Source of the DNA: Fimbriimonadales bacterium
Lineage (GTDB): Bacteria; Armatimonadota; Fimbriimonadia; Fimbriimonadales; JABRVX01
Reading direction: 5' to 3'
Length of the DNA: 64,000 nucleotides
Assembly: GCA_045862955.1 (NCBI GenBank)
Contig: BTVI01000001.1
Location: 64,001-128,000, forward strand
Shown: piece by piece, positions 47,298 to 58,528 of the stretch
How the letters are laid out: each line of letters opens with the position of its first letter
Numbering within the stretch: position 1 is the stretch's first letter
The notes under the pieces: model-generated
The model's input: only the letters and a program-made list of their open reading frames with translations
Told to the model about the DNA's origin: nothing
The model's database searches: none
Made by a program: the position numbers and the translations under genes

Positions 47298-47326
47298 ATT
47301 ATAGCATAACCCCTTCTGCGTTGCAC
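47298..47326 (-). promoter_or_regulatory. Promoter of the secreted-protein operon
   Basis: Minus strand reads GTGCAA-17 nt-(TGc)TATAAT. Confidence 0.65.
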
Positions 47327-47345
47327 TTTCGAGGCGGGCGGCATC

Positions 47346-48059
47346 CTAAACATGGACGCGCGACGTTCTTCGCAGGTTCGCCAGAATCGCCTCCACGCGC
47401 TTTCGAACCTTTTCCGGTGGGCGATTCGTCGTCACCACGAAATCAGCATACGGCCTTCTCTCCGCGTCAGAGAGTTGCGCCGATAGTATTCGACGGGCCA
47501 GAACCGCATCTCCTTCCCAGCGTTCCACCAGTCTCCTCATCTGCTCGTCTCGTCCGCAACGACACAAGATCACGCGGTCGAACTCACCTTGGACGCCGGC
47601 TTCGACGAGCAGTGGGATTTCGAAGCAGTGGACGCCGCCAGCAGACTGCGCAGACAGCTCTTCGAGCCGAGCCAAGATAGGCCCGTGTAGCAGCGATTCG
47701 AGCGTGTGCCGAAGCGCATCGTCCTCGAAGATGCGTCGGGCGATGAACCGTCGGTCGAGTTCGCCATTCGGCAGCGAAGACCCAGGTCCCACGGCTCTAG
47801 CGACTGCCTTTGCCAGCGGACTACCTGCTCGGGTTAGCTCGCGAGCCACGTCGTCGGCGCTGAATGTGGGCACGCCGAGCTCTGCGAAATAGCCGAGGAC
47901 AGTGGACTTCCCGGTACAGGCGCCCCCGGTGATCGCCACGCGGATCGGAACGCGAGGTTCGGAAGTCTTAGTGCCGCTTAGCGAACGCGAAGCGGCACCA
48001 GAGTTCGGTCTTTGCAGCACCCGGCCGGCCGTCCTAGCCTCGCTAGGAGGGCGTCTCAT
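47346..48059 (-). CDS. coaE: Dephospho-CoA kinase (true start probably downstream of 48059)
   Basis: VAITGGACTGKSTV, SADDVAR, LDRRFIA…IF, EIPLLVE and RILSAQ. Confidence 0.9.
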   Translation of the reverse strand: MRRPPSEARTAGRVLQRPNSGAASRSLSGTKTSEPRVPIRVAITGGACTGKSTVLGYFAELGVPTFSADDVARELTRAGSPLAKAVARAVGPGSSLPNGELDRRFIARRIFEDDALRHTLESLLHGPILARLEELSAQSAGGVHCFEIPLLVEAGVQGEFDRVILCRCGRDEQMRRLVERWEGDAVLARRILSAQLSDAERRPYADFVVTTNRPPEKVRKRVEAILANLRRTSRVHV

Positions 48060-49563
48060 CCGAAGCGGTGCCTACGGCTGGAGCCTCAGTGGTCGCGTCC
48101 ACGGACTCCGCTTCGCCAACGGGCTCTGCTGCCACAGGAGCTTCGGGAGCCGAAGGATTTTCGACTGCGGGCTCCACTGTGCTCTCTGCCTCCGCAGCGG
48201 CTTCGGGAGCGGACGGCACCTCGGCGACCTGCTCAACTTCTGCCGCAGCATTCTCCTCCGATTCCCGGGTGAGAACATCCCTCAGAGACCCAAGGCGCTC
48301 GCCGATCGTCGCACCACCCCTGTGGCTGGTACGACCGTGTCGTTCGACTTCTTCACGCTCCGCGCGGCGCTCCAGCGCCTTCAGGCTGACCACCATGCGT
48401 CGCTCTGGCGCCCGAATTTCTATCACCTGGCACTGGATGGTCTCGCCCTCTGTGACCAGTTCCGACGGGCGGGCGCCCCGTCTGTGGGTCATCTCGCTAA
48501 TCGGTAGCCAGGCCTCCACACCCTCGTTGAGCTTTACGAACGCTCCGGACTGCACGAGGCGCGACACTGGAACTTCGATGATCTGGCCAACCTTGTATTT
48601 GTCCGCGACGATGCTCCACGGATCGGGCTGAACCTGACGATAGCCCAGGGAAATCTTGCCGATCTCCGGGTCGAGGCGGAGGACCTTGACCTTGATTTCA
48701 TCGCCTTCCTTCAGAACCTCGGACGGGTGGTTTATGCGTGTCCAGGACATCTCGCTCACGTGCAGCAGGCCGTCCACGCCGCCGATATCGACGAAGGCAC
48801 CGTAGTCCACGATCCTGCGCACCTTGCCGTCCACCACCTCGCCGACGCGAAGGGAGCTGAAGATGCGCTGCTTCGCCTCTTCGCGTCGCTCCTCTTCTGC
48901 CAGCCGGTTAGACAGAACCACCTTACGCCGCTCTCGGTCGATTTCGAGAATGCGAAGCGGAAGGCTCTGTCCGACGAAGCGCTCGATGTTCCGGAGTTTG
49001 CCATTGCCCACGTGGGTCGCCGGGACAAATCCACGGACTCCAATGTCCACGACGAGGCCACCCTTGACCCGCTCTGTGACCAGTGCGGTAATGATTTCCT
49101 GACGCTCGTAGCAGCGCTCGATCTTGATCCACCAGTCCTCGAAATCCGCCCTCTTCTTCGACAAGACCGGGTTGCCATCGGAACCCTCGGTGTTCAGAAC
49201 GACCACAGAGATCTCATCGCCCGGTTTCACGACACCCTCAGCAGTCGGGATGGGCTCGGCGCTCAGCTCGGCAAGCGGGATAATGCCCTCCGTCTTTCCT
49301 CCCATGTCCACGAAGACGCGTTCGGGTTCGACATGGACGACGATGCCGCGAACCAACTGCCCTTTAGAGAGGCGACGGAAGGACTGGTCGTACTCCTGCC
49401 TCAACGTGTCGTCTTGGAGAGCCTCTTCCATAGAGGCAGGCTCTTCCTCGCCTCTGGAGACGGCCGTACTCGGCTCAGGCTGGGAGGCCCCGGCTGCGGT
49501 CGGGATGTCGTCGCCTGGTGTGTCGGTCGGAATACCAGGCTCAAGTTCCTCGTCAATCATCAC
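48043..49563 (-). CDS. rpsA: 30S ribosomal protein S1 (four S1 domains, acidic tails)
   Basis: VKGGLVVDIGVRGFVP, DYGAFVDIGGVDGLLHVSEMSW and GATIGE. Confidence 0.93.
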   Translation of the reverse strand: MMIDEELEPGIPTDTPGDDIPTAAGASQPEPSTAVSRGEEEPASMEEALQDDTLRQEYDQSFRRLSKGQLVRGIVVHVEPERVFVDMGGKTEGIIPLAELSAEPIPTAEGVVKPGDEISVVVLNTEGSDGNPVLSKKRADFEDWWIKIERCYERQEIITALVTERVKGGLVVDIGVRGFVPATHVGNGKLRNIERFVGQSLPLRILEIDRERRKVVLSNRLAEEERREEAKQRIFSSLRVGEVVDGKVRRIVDYGAFVDIGGVDGLLHVSEMSWTRINHPSEVLKEGDEIKVKVLRLDPEIGKISLGYRQVQPDPWSIVADKYKVGQIIEVPVSRLVQSGAFVKLNEGVEAWLPISEMTHRRGARPSELVTEGETIQCQVIEIRAPERRMVVSLKALERRAEREEVERHGRTSHRGGATIGERLGSLRDVLTRESEENAAAEVEQVAEVPSAPEAAAEAESTVEPAVENPSAPEAPVAAEPVGEAESVDATTEAPAVGTASDETPS

Positions 49564-49738
49564 TGGTCACGCTCCAAAATCGTGCAAAGGACTCGCCAAA
49601 ACGGGCCCCGCGCACCTCGTCGCACACGGTACGGCATTATTGCACATTTGCAGTCTTCCTGCACCCTCGAACCCCGCCAACCACCGAGCAATTCGCGTTT
49701 CGGCTTTAGCGATGGCACGGTGATACACTTTGTCCATC

Positions 49739-51055
49739 ATGCGGGTCCAAGACATTATTGTCAAGAAGCGCGACGGCAAGGCAAACACACCCGAAGAACT
49801 CGAGGAGCTGGTCGGTGGCTACGTTGCCGGCCGCGTTGCCGATTACCAGGTCAGCGCGTGGCTGATGGCATCCTATCTCCAGGGGCTTTCTAACCAAGAA
49901 ACCCTGGCCCTCACTCATATCATGGCCGATAGCGGAGAGCAACTCGATCTGGCGACGCTCCCCGAGCCACATGTAGACAAGCACTCCACTGGCGGCGTAG
50001 GCGACAAAACTTCACTGGTGGTCGTGCCCCTGTTGGCGGCATGTGGGTGCACGGTTGTAAAGATGTCGGGCCGTGGGCTCGGCATCACCGGAGGCACGGT
50101 GGACAAGCTGGAGAGCATCCCCGGCTTTCGCACAGCGCTGCAGCCGGAGGAGATGCTGCACGTGGCGGGCGCGTGCGGCTGTTGCCTCGCAGGCCAAACG
50201 GAGCGCCTAACCCCCGCGGACCGCCTGCTGTACGCGCTGCGAGACGCCACGGCCACGGTGGGCAGCATCCCGCTGATCACTGCGAGCATCATGTCGAAGA
50301 AGCTTGCCGCGGGGGCGGATGTACTGCTCCTAGACGTCAAGTGCGGCAGCGGCGGCTTCATGCAGACCTTGGACGAAGCGCGAAAGCTGGCCATCTCGCT
50401 TCTGGAAGTGGGCAGAGCGGCGGGCAAGCGAGTGGTAGCGTGCATCACCGATATGGAAGCGCCGCTCGGCCACGCCGTGGGGAATGCGCTCGAGGTGATC
50501 GAGGCTATAAATACGCTGCGGGGCGAGGGGCCGCCGCGATTTCGGGACTTCTGCCTCGCGCTGACGGCGGAGGCGCTGGTTGCCGCGGGCCGGGCCGAGG
50601 ATGTGCCGAGTGCGCACGGTCTGGCAAAGCAGCGGCTTTCCGACGGGTCCGCCCTCGACCGATTCCGCGCCCTCGTGGAGTTGCAGGGAGGCGACCCCAG
50701 CATCTGCGACGAGCCCGAAAGCCTGATGGGGAGTCTGCACGTCGAGACGGTGCCTGCCCAGGCCGACGGGTACGTCTCGGCCATTCACGCCGGCTCGGTC
50801 GGTAGGGCCGTGGTCGAACTCGGCGCGGGGAGGCAGCGGAGGGAGGACCCGATCGACCCGCAGGTCGGGGTCGTGATGGCGGTCGAAGTCGGGGACCGTG
50901 TCGAACGGGACATGCCTCTTGCGAGGGTGTACGCCCGCGACCGCCAGGCCGCGGAACGGGCCGTAGCGACCGTGTCGCAGGCCATACGGCTGAGCGCGGA
51001 GCCAGTAGCGGCAAGACCCGTTATCTTGGAGAAATTGTCGCAGCCGGTGGGATAG
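49739..51055 (+). CDS. pdp: Pyrimidine-nucleoside/thymidine phosphorylase
   Basis: IIVKKRDG, VDKHSTGGVGDK, KMSGRGLG.TGGT.DKLESIPG and SIMSKKLA. Confidence 0.95.
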   Translation: MRVQDIIVKKRDGKANTPEELEELVGGYVAGRVADYQVSAWLMASYLQGLSNQETLALTHIMADSGEQLDLATLPEPHVDKHSTGGVGDKTSLVVVPLLAACGCTVVKMSGRGLGITGGTVDKLESIPGFRTALQPEEMLHVAGACGCCLAGQTERLTPADRLLYALRDATATVGSIPLITASIMSKKLAAGADVLLLDVKCGSGGFMQTLDEARKLAISLLEVGRAAGKRVVACITDMEAPLGHAVGNALEVIEAINTLRGEGPPRFRDFCLALTAEALVAAGRAEDVPSAHGLAKQRLSDGSALDRFRALVELQGGDPSICDEPESLMGSLHVETVPAQADGYVSAIHAGSVGRAVVELGAGRQRREDPIDPQVGVVMAVEVGDRVERDMPLARVYARDRQAAERAVATVSQAIRLSAEPVAARPVILEKLSQPVG

Positions 51056-51115
51056 CAGCGCGGCCCAGGTGTCGCAGAACGCGACGTGAAAGCAGCCCGG
51101 CACGATCGCGCCAGT

Positions 51116-51490
51116 TCAGACCTCCTCGTCGTCCGCCCTCCAACCGGGGTCAACGATACACAGGAACTCGAGGGGGCACCCGCCCTCGTTGACGAGCCAC
51201 TGGGTCGCACCGGGCGGCACCAGGACGGTGTCTCCTGCCGTCACCGAGGCCTCTTCGCTGCCGACGTGCATCCGACCCTGCCCATGCAGGAAGTAGTAAA
51301 CCTCTGACGATTCCTTCAGCCGATGCGGCAGGCTCCTCGCTCCGACGGGAAGGCTTGCCCAAGCTAAGCTGTAGCGAAGGGGCATGCCCTCGTTGGGACC
51401 GTGTAGGAGCTCCCGTAGGTGTGTGTGGTCGCCCGCCAGGATCTCCTGTCGCTGGGACAAGCGTCTTATGTCCAAGCGTCTCACCTCCAT
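51116..51490 (-). CDS. Cupin domain protein
   Basis: PHRL..SEVYYFLHGQG…GDTVLVPPG; start taken at MEVRRL (51490). Confidence 0.85.
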   Translation of the reverse strand: MEVRRLDIRRLSQRQEILAGDHTHLRELLHGPNEGMPLRYSLAWASLPVGARSLPHRLKESSEVYYFLHGQGRMHVGSEEASVTAGDTVLVPPGATQWLVNEGGCPLEFLCIVDPGWRADDEEV

Positions 51491-51557
51491 GACCCAGTGT
51501 AGCCGCACGAGCCGGTCCTTCGATGGTACGATGCGCGCACGAAGGAGGTCACATCGG

Positions 51558-51875
51558 GTGCCAAAGCTGCGAATCGAGAGTTTCGGTGAGTTCGAGGTCG
51601 AGTCGGGAAAGAAGCTGGTGCTGGCTATCGAGGACTCGGGTGTGGACATCTCGCATCGCTGTGGCGGGAAGGCGAAATGCACCACATGCCGAGTGCGCTT
51701 CCACAGCCCGGAGCCGCCGATGGGAGAGGTGGAGCGCCAGTGTCTCGAAGAGGACGGGGTGCTCGGCGAGTTTCGCCTGTCGTGCCAGAACCGAGTCACG
51801 GACGACATGCACGTAGAGGTGTTGATGCGCGCCAGCGAGCAGGGATGGGAACCCGGCCCGCGGCCGGAAGACTAG
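51558..51875 (+). CDS. 2Fe-2S ferredoxin
   Basis: HRCGGKAKCTTC…RLSCQ; AAGGAGG RBS before the GTG start. Confidence 0.9.
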   Translation: MPKLRIESFGEFEVESGKKLVLAIEDSGVDISHRCGGKAKCTTCRVRFHSPEPPMGEVERQCLEEDGVLGEFRLSCQNRVTDDMHVEVLMRASEQGWEPGPRPED

Positions 51876-51888
51876 CGGTCGCTAGGCT

Positions 51889-52665
51889 CTAGTCCTGCTG
51901 CGTGGGAGGCTGGGTGCTGAGTCTCTGCTCTAGCTCGGCCAGCTCTGCCTCGACATCCTGCTGAACGGACGAGGGGATCTGCTGCGTCGTTGGCGCGGGA
52001 CCTGCCAGACCCATCCGCTGCTCGAGTTCCTGCAGTTCCTTCTCCGCTGCTGCGTCCATCGTCTGGTCTTCGAGCTCGAGCATCTTGCCTTGCAGACTGG
52101 AAGCCATCATCTCTTGTCGTGCGGCAGCTTCCGATTCTGCATGGCGAATTTTCTCTGCCGCGACGCTCCAGTCTTGCTCGGTGGTCTCGAAGGTCAGGCT
52201 CTCCATGGCCTTGTTGATCTCTTTGGTAATCTGTGCCTGCTTCCATCGAGCCTTCAGTGCCAGCATCTCGGCATACTTGGCCTTGACCTGCTCCTCCTGA
52301 CGCCGCATCGCCACCTTGATGGCTTCCACGGTCTCGGTCGCTTGGGCAAGTGAGGCCTTCAGACCCTCGAGTGTCTGCTCGAGATGCGCCTTCTCACGAA
52401 GGAGCTGGCGCGCGAGGTCGCGGTTTCCCTGCCGCAGCGCCTGTTCGGCGTTGGCCTGCAGAGCGGCGATGCGTCGGGTGTGGTCATCCACCAGATGCTG
52501 CAGGTTGTTCTTCTGCGTGATAGCCTGGATGGCTCGCTCTCGGTTCGAGGCGAGGTTCTCACGCATTTCGCGGCGGGCCTGGTCGAGCAGGATCTCGGGA
52601 TCCTCCAGCCGGTCCATGGTTCGGTTGAATAGCGCCTTTATGTAGTTCCAGAGACGACGAAACAT
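51889..52665 (-). CDS. pspA: PspA/IM30 family protein
   Basis: MFRRL…LEDPEILLDQARREM; long coiled coil; GNRDLARQLL. Confidence 0.88.
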   Translation of the reverse strand: MFRRLWNYIKALFNRTMDRLEDPEILLDQARREMRENLASNRERAIQAITQKNNLQHLVDDHTRRIAALQANAEQALRQGNRDLARQLLREKAHLEQTLEGLKASLAQATETVEAIKVAMRRQEEQVKAKYAEMLALKARWKQAQITKEINKAMESLTFETTEQDWSVAAEKIRHAESEAAARQEMMASSLQGKMLELEDQTMDAAAEKELQELEQRMGLAGPAPTTQQIPSSVQQDVEAELAELEQRLSTQPPTQQD

Positions 52666-52813
52666 TCGCTAGCCTCCACACCCGAAGCACCTCCGGGCGG
52701 CGTCGGGCAGGTTTCGACGGCAAGTTTGGCACATATTGCCCGACGACGGGGAGGTAAGTAGGCGATCCACCGCGAAACGTACTCGGGCGGGCGTTTCGGT
52801 ACAATCCGTCCGC

Positions 52814-53563
52814 ATGTCCACCCACGCTTCGTTTACGCGAATAGCCCCCCATTACGACACTCTGATGCGGGGGGTGCCCTATCGCATGTGGGTCAGCTAC
52901 TTCGAGCTGCTCTGCGAGATGGTGGGTCACAAGCCGAAGAGGGTGCTCGATGCATGCTGCGGCACGGGCACCGTCTGCCGCCTGCTCGCCGCAAAGGGGT
53001 TGAGCGTCACGGGAGTCGACAAATCCTCCGCGATGATCCTGGCTGCGAAGGAGAAGGCTGAGACGACCGGGCTGGACATCACCTTCTACGCCCAGGATCT
53101 CGCCGAGATGAACCTACCAGAGACCTTCGATACGGCGCTCAGCTTCTTCGACAGTCTGAACTACATTACCGAGCCCGAGAGGCTCCGTGCCGCGCTTCAG
53201 CGCATCGCAGCGCACTTGGAGCCGGACGGCCTGCTCGTGTTCGACCTGAACACCGAATACGCGTTCGTAAGCAAGCTGTTCGACCAAGAGGTGCTGACAA
53301 AGGGGGCACCCGTACGATACAAGTGGCGCAGCAGCTATGACGAGGCAACGAAGTTGTGTACCGTACGGATGGAGTTCTGGACCGAAGACCCGCCCGAGAG
53401 CTTCACAGAGGTCCACGTACAACGCGCGCACTCATCGGAAGAGATTCGGTCCTGGCTGAAAGAAGCCGGATTCGGGGACATTCGGGCCTACCACAGCTAC
53501 TCGCTGGAGCGTCCCAGACCTACCAGTGATCGGGTCCACTATATGGCTAGGCGTATGCGCTGA
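52814..53563 (+). CDS. Class I SAM-dependent methyltransferase
   Basis: VLDACCGTG, GVDKSSAM, FDSLNY and HLEPDGLLVFD. Confidence 0.9.
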   Translation: MSTHASFTRIAPHYDTLMRGVPYRMWVSYFELLCEMVGHKPKRVLDACCGTGTVCRLLAAKGLSVTGVDKSSAMILAAKEKAETTGLDITFYAQDLAEMNLPETFDTALSFFDSLNYITEPERLRAALQRIAAHLEPDGLLVFDLNTEYAFVSKLFDQEVLTKGAPVRYKWRSSYDEATKLCTVRMEFWTEDPPESFTEVHVQRAHSSEEIRSWLKEAGFGDIRAYHSYSLERPRPTSDRVHYMARRMR

Positions 53564-53960
53564 GAACCTGTCTCATGGCCGACGCGAGTGCCCCGTCGGC
53601 AATCGGCTCCGGCTCTCCCTGCGCCAGCGAGCGCACTGCGTCCGCCCCCGAAATCTCGCCGCGGGCCAGCCTCCCAAGTATGTCGTGAGCCTCTTGCCTG
53701 CTAGCCACCAGGGTTAGCCCGTTGACTTTGAGAAGGCACAAGGTCGCAACGAGTGCCGTGATCTCATTGCCTTCGTCGAACGGCTGCCGGCGAAGCAGCC
53801 CCTCGAAGAAGCGTCCTGCATCCCGGTAGACCTCTGGCTCTCGCTTGTAGGCGTACTGATAGCCGACGCACTCCTCGAGGTCCATTACCCGAAACCCGAC
53901 GACTCGCTTCAGCAGCTGGGAGTTGATCCAGAGAAGGTCCTGATTGGTTAGATATTTCAC
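53547..53960 (-). CDS. Doc/Fic-fold protein with degenerate catalytic motif
   Basis: MKYLT..DLLWIN N-terminus and QPFDEGNEITA…LKVNG (canonical HPFxDGNKRTA). Confidence 0.7.
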   Translation of the reverse strand: MKYLTNQDLLWINSQLLKRVVGFRVMDLEECVGYQYAYKREPEVYRDAGRFFEGLLRRQPFDEGNEITALVATLCLLKVNGLTLVASRQEAHDILGRLARGEISGADAVRSLAQGEPEPIADGALASAMRQVLSAYA

Positions 53961-54098
53961 GCGTCCCTACCTGCAGCCTCGTCCATGACACCTGCAAAGT
54001 ACCCGTGAGGGCCACTAGCTCGCAAGTTCCCGGCAGGACGGGCGGCGACTAGGACGAATCGGACTACCGCTCGCGCGATGCGGGCAGGAGGACCGAAC

Positions 54099-55781
54099 AT
54101 GGCCAAGCTGCGCTTCGACCGTTACTATCGCTACGCCGACATCACCCGCTTCCTCAAGCAGTTCTCTCAACAGCGGCCGGACATCTTCCGGTACGAGTCG
54201 ATCGGCAAGAGCTACGAAGGCCGCGATATCTGGCTGTGCACGATTACGCGCTTCAAGACTGGGCCGGACACGGAGAAGCCCGCGATGTGGGTGGACGGAA
54301 ACATTCACGCCTCCGAGGTATCGGCGTCGTCGGCCTGCCTTTACCTCATTCACAAGCTGCTCACCGAAGACCCGAAGAACGAGTCGATTCGGTCGTTGCT
54401 GGACAACCGAGTCTTCTATGTTTGTCCCCGGTTGAACCCGGACGGAGCAGAGTGGGCACTAGCCGACAAGCCGAAGATCATCCGTTCTAGCACCCGCCCA
54501 TGGCCCTACGACGAGGACCCCATCGAAGGTCTGATCCGAGAGGATATGGACGGCGACGGGCGCATGCTTCAGATGCGAATCCCCGACCCGAACGGTTCGT
54601 GGAAGCCGCATCCCGATTACCCGAAATTGCTGGTGCCCCGTGCGCCGGACGAGACGGGTGGCACCTACTACCGTCTTCTCCCAGAAGGCAGAATCGAGAA
54701 CTACGACGGATTCCTGATCCCCATGGCTCGGACCAAAGAGGGGCTAGACCTCAATCGCAACTACCCCGTCGGGTGGCGGTTGGAAGGCGAGCAGCACGGC
54801 GCGGGGCCGTTCCCCACTTCGGAGCCGGAGATTCGAGCACAGGTGGACTTCATCTGCAAACATCCTAACATCACGGGCGCCGTCTGCTTTCACACCTTCA
54901 GCGGGGTGCTGCTGCGACCCCCGAGTAGGTTTGCGGAGGACGAGCTGCCCGCTGAAGACGTATGGAACTATAAGACCATCGGCGCGAAGGGTACGGAGAT
55001 CACGGGCTATCCGGCGATATCCGTATACCACGAGTTCCGCTACCACCCCAAGGAGATTATCACCGGTGTGTTCGATGATTGGATGTACGAGCACCGCGGC
55101 GTACATGCATGGACCGTGGAGATATGGAGCCCTCAGCGACAGGCAGGGATAAGCGAGTACAAGTATATAGACTGGTACCGGGAGCACCCCGTGGAAGACG
55201 ACATCAAGATGCTGGAATGGTCGGAGAAGGTGCTGAAGGGCAAGGGCTACATCGAGTGGTACCCATTCGAACACCCGCAGTTAGGGAAGGTGGAGCTAGG
55301 TGGCTGGGATGTCGCTTACTGCTGGCGTAACCCACCCCCTCATCTGTTGGAAAAAGAGATCGCGCCTTTCGCCGACTGGCTGATGTTCCACTTGCGGATT
55401 GCGCCCAAGCTGGAGATCATCTCCAGCAGCGCGAAGGCGATTGGCCAAGGTGCGTATCGCGTCGAGCTAGTGCTGCAGAACACGGGCTGGCTGCCCACCT
55501 ACGTCACCAAGAAAGCGCTGAATAACAAGCTGGTGCGACCGATAGTCACCGAGATCGAGCTGCCACGTGGAGCCACACTCGAAACCGGCAAAGTGCGCGA
55601 GGAGCATGCGCAACTCGAGGGAAGGTGCTATCGTGGTGCTGCTGGCGTGTGGTCTGCAGACAGCACCGACGATAGGCTGCGACTCCTGTGGACGATTCGT
55701 GCCCCGCGTGGTGGTACCGTAAAGATCACCGCACGCCACGAACGCGCCGGCACCGTGCGCTCAACCTTGCGACTGCAGTAG
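54099..55781 (+). CDS. M14 zinc carboxypeptidase
   Basis: [19 protein letters not shown] (HxxE), LNPDG, DLNRNY and SEPE. Confidence 0.9.
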   Translation: MAKLRFDRYYRYADITRFLKQFSQQRPDIFRYESIGKSYEGRDIWLCTITRFKTGPDTEKPAMWVDGNIHASEVSASSACLYLIHKLLTEDPKNESIRSLLDNRVFYVCPRLNPDGAEWALADKPKIIRSSTRPWPYDEDPIEGLIREDMDGDGRMLQMRIPDPNGSWKPHPDYPKLLVPRAPDETGGTYYRLLPEGRIENYDGFLIPMARTKEGLDLNRNYPVGWRLEGEQHGAGPFPTSEPEIRAQVDFICKHPNITGAVCFHTFSGVLLRPPSRFAEDELPAEDVWNYKTIGAKGTEITGYPAISVYHEFRYHPKEIITGVFDDWMYEHRGVHAWTVEIWSPQRQAGISEYKYIDWYREHPVEDDIKMLEWSEKVLKGKGYIEWYPFEHPQLGKVELGGWDVAYCWRNPPPHLLEKEIAPFADWLMFHLRIAPKLEIISSSAKAIGQGAYRVELVLQNTGWLPTYVTKKALNNKLVRPIVTEIELPRGATLETGKVREEHAQLEGRCYRGAAGVWSADSTDDRLRLLWTIRAPRGGTVKITARHERAGTVRSTLRLQ

Positions 55782-58442
55782 CGAACGAACTACGAACTGC
55801 AAGATGCCTCCGTGGCGGTAGTACTCGAGCTCGCGGGGAGTGTCGATTCGCGCCTCGACATCGAATCGCTGCCACCGGGTACCCTCCTGGGCGGATACCT
55901 GCAACCGACGCCCGCCAGCAAACCCGGAGGCGACAGCGTTAGACAGTCCGAGCACGTCGAAGTGCTCGCTACCCGTCAGGCCCAGGCTCTCTGCACTCTC
56001 GCCTGGCAGGAACTGAAGTGGCAAGATCCCCATGCCGATCAGATTCGAGCGATGGATGCGCTCGAAGCTCTCCGCTATGACCGCTCTGACACCTTGCAGA
56101 TACGGCCCCTTTGCCGCCCAATCGCGGCTCGATCCGGAACCGTACTCCTTGCCCGCTAGTACTATGAGGGGTGTTCCATCCTGTTGGTAGCGGACGGACG
56201 CATCGTAGATGCTCATCACCTCGCCGGTCGGCAGATAGGTGGTTACACCCCCCTCCACGCCAGGGACTAGCTTGTTCCTTATCCGCACATTCGCGAATGT
56301 TCCGCGTACCATCACCTCGTGATTGCCGCGCCGCGAGCCGTAGGAGTTGAAGTCTTGCCACTGCACCCCGTGCTCGAGCAGGTAACGTCCCGCAGGCGAG
56401 TCTTTCTTGATGCTCCCTGCCGGGGATATGTGATCGGTCGTGATGCTGTCACCCAGATACGCGAGAACGCGAGCGCCTCGGATGTCGGAAGCCGCATCAG
56501 GCGGATCGGCGGGCATCCCGTCGAAGTACGGCGGCCTGCGCACGTAGGTGGATTCTGGCTGCCACTGAAAACGTTCCGAGCGCGCTACGCTAATCAACTC
56601 CCAGTTCTCATCGCCGCGAAAGACGTCCTTGTAGTTGCTCTCGAACATCTCGGACCGAATGCACTGCTCGACTGCAGAGGCGACCTCGGCGTTGGTAGGC
56701 CACAGGTCTTTCAGGTACACGGGCACTCCCGATGCGTCCAGCGTGAGCGGCTCGGACGTGAGATCGAGATCGATTCGTCCGGCGATGGCATACGCTACAA
56801 CGAGTGGCGGTGACATGAGATAGTTCGCCCTCACTTCCGAATGCACACGCCCCTCGAAGTTGCGATTGCCGGAAAGCACGGAGCACACGACGAGGCTACC
56901 TTCCTCGATTTCCCGTGACACCTCTTCGGGCAGCGGGCCCGAGTTACCGATGCATGTCGTACATCCGTAGCCTACCGTGTGGAAGCCGAGCTGCTCCAAG
57001 TAGGGGGTGAGACCAGCCCGATCGAGGTAGCTGGTAACCACCCGCGAGCCGGGCGCAAGAGAGGTCTTGACCCATGGCTTGCGTGTCAAGCCGCGCTGCA
57101 CGGCTTTCTTTGCCAGCAAGCCCGCTGCCAGCATGACGGCGGGATTCGACGTATTCGTGCAGCTCGTAATCGCCGCGATCACCACGTTCCCGTGTGTCAG
57201 TGTCCCTGCGCCAGCGGGCTCTTTGCCGTTGGGTCCGCGCAGGTCCGGCAAGGCCTCTGAGAACGATTGGCCGACGCGGCCGAGTGGCACGCGATCCTGC
57301 GGCCTTCGAGGGCCTGCCACGCTGCTCTCTACCCGAGAGAGGTCCAGCTCCAGCACCGCGGTGCACTCGGGATCAGGGGTGCTTCGGTCTCGGAAGAGGC
57401 CCTGCTCCTTGGCGTACGCCTCGATCCTTTCGACGAGCTCGGGGGGACGTCCCGTCTGTCTCAGGTATCGTAAGGTTTCGTCATCCAGGGGGAACATCGC
57501 ACATGTGGCGCCATATTCGGGACACATGTTGCTGATGGTAGCTCTATCCGCTACGGGCAGGCCGTCCAACCCGGGGCCGAAGAACTCCACGAACTTCCCT
57601 ACCACCCCGTGGGCGCGCAGCATCTGGGTGACTGTCAGAACGAGATCGGTGGCGGTGACACCTTCCGAGAGCGCCCCGGTGACACGCACCCCCACGACTT
57701 GGGGTACCAAGATGGATACCGGCTGCCCGAGCATCGCTGCTTCCGCCTCGATCCCTCCTACACCCCAACCCAACACTCCCAGGCCGTTGATCATGGTAGT
57801 GTGCGAGTCGGTTCCTACCAGCGTATCCGGGTACGCCAGGCGCTCACCGTCAGCATCTTCCACGAACACCACCCGCGCGAGATACTCGAGGTTCACTTGA
57901 TGCACGATGCCCGTGTTCGGTGGTACGACACGAAAGTTGCGGAACGCACTCTGCCCCCACTTCAGAAAAGCGTATCGCTCACGATTCCTCTCGAACTCCT
58001 TCGCGACATTCAAGCGGTTCGCCTCGGGGGTGCCGAACACGTCCACTTGCACGGAATGGTCGATAACCAGTTCCACCGGCTGCTGGGGGTTCACTCGGGA
58101 AGCATCCCCACCCATCTCGGCAACCGCGTCACGCATCGCCGCCAGGTCTACGAGGCACGGTACTCCGGTGAAGTCCTGCAACACGACACGGGCCGGCACG
58201 AAGGCGATCTCTTGCGTCGGCTCCGAGGCGGGGTCCCAGTTGGCCAGGGCAAGCACGTGCTCGGGAGTGACGGTCACGCCGTCCTCACGCCGCAGCAGGT
58301 TTTCGAGCAGCACGCGCAGCGAGAACGGCAACCTAGATAGCCGAATGCCCTGCCGCTCGAGTGCGTCGAGGCGGTAGATGGTGTAGGAATCGTCACCGAG
58401 CCGCACCGATGCTCGGGCGCCGAAGCTGTTATTCATGAACAT
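55761..58442 (-). CDS. acnA: Aconitate hydratase A
   Basis: [50 protein letters not shown] and [10 protein letters not shown]. Confidence 0.97.
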   Translation of the reverse strand: MFMNNSFGARASVRLGDDSYTIYRLDALERQGIRLSRLPFSLRVLLENLLRREDGVTVTPEHVLALANWDPASEPTQEIAFVPARVVLQDFTGVPCLVDLAAMRDAVAEMGGDASRVNPQQPVELVIDHSVQVDVFGTPEANRLNVAKEFERNRERYAFLKWGQSAFRNFRVVPPNTGIVHQVNLEYLARVVFVEDADGERLAYPDTLVGTDSHTTMINGLGVLGWGVGGIEAEAAMLGQPVSILVPQVVGVRVTGALSEGVTATDLVLTVTQMLRAHGVVGKFVEFFGPGLDGLPVADRATISNMCPEYGATCAMFPLDDETLRYLRQTGRPPELVERIEAYAKEQGLFRDRSTPDPECTAVLELDLSRVESSVAGPRRPQDRVPLGRVGQSFSEALPDLRGPNGKEPAGAGTLTHGNVVIAAITSCTNTSNPAVMLAAGLLAKKAVQRGLTRKPWVKTSLAPGSRVVTSYLDRAGLTPYLEQLGFHTVGYGCTTCIGNSGPLPEEVSREIEEGSLVVCSVLSGNRNFEGRVHSEVRANYLMSPPLVVAYAIAGRIDLDLTSEPLTLDASGVPVYLKDLWPTNAEVASAVEQCIRSEMFESNYKDVFRGDENWELISVARSERFQWQPESTYVRRPPYFDGMPADPPDAASDIRGARVLAYLGDSITTDHISPAGSIKKDSPAGRYLLEHGVQWQDFNSYGSRRGNHEVMVRGTFANVRIRNKLVPGVEGGVTTYLPTGEVMSIYDASVRYQQDGTPLIVLAGKEYGSGSSRDWAAKGPYLQGVRAVIAESFERIHRSNLIGMGILPLQFLPGESAESLGLTGSEHFDVLGLSNAVASGFAGGRRLQVSAQEGTRWQRFDVEARIDTPRELEYYRHGGILQFVVRSLLQSQG

Positions 58443-58528
58443 CCCCCGATGAGCCGTGGTACGACCCTAGTCTACCTTCAGGCGCGGGGGCAACAGGAGG
58501 AGGCTGGCTCACGGGGAACCTAGAGACC

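Noticed and set aside
51491..51808. Long version of the cupin ORF, and the ferredoxin extension from 51384
   Set aside because: The extensions overlap the divergent partner gene; shorter starts at 51490 and 51558 fit the domain boundaries.
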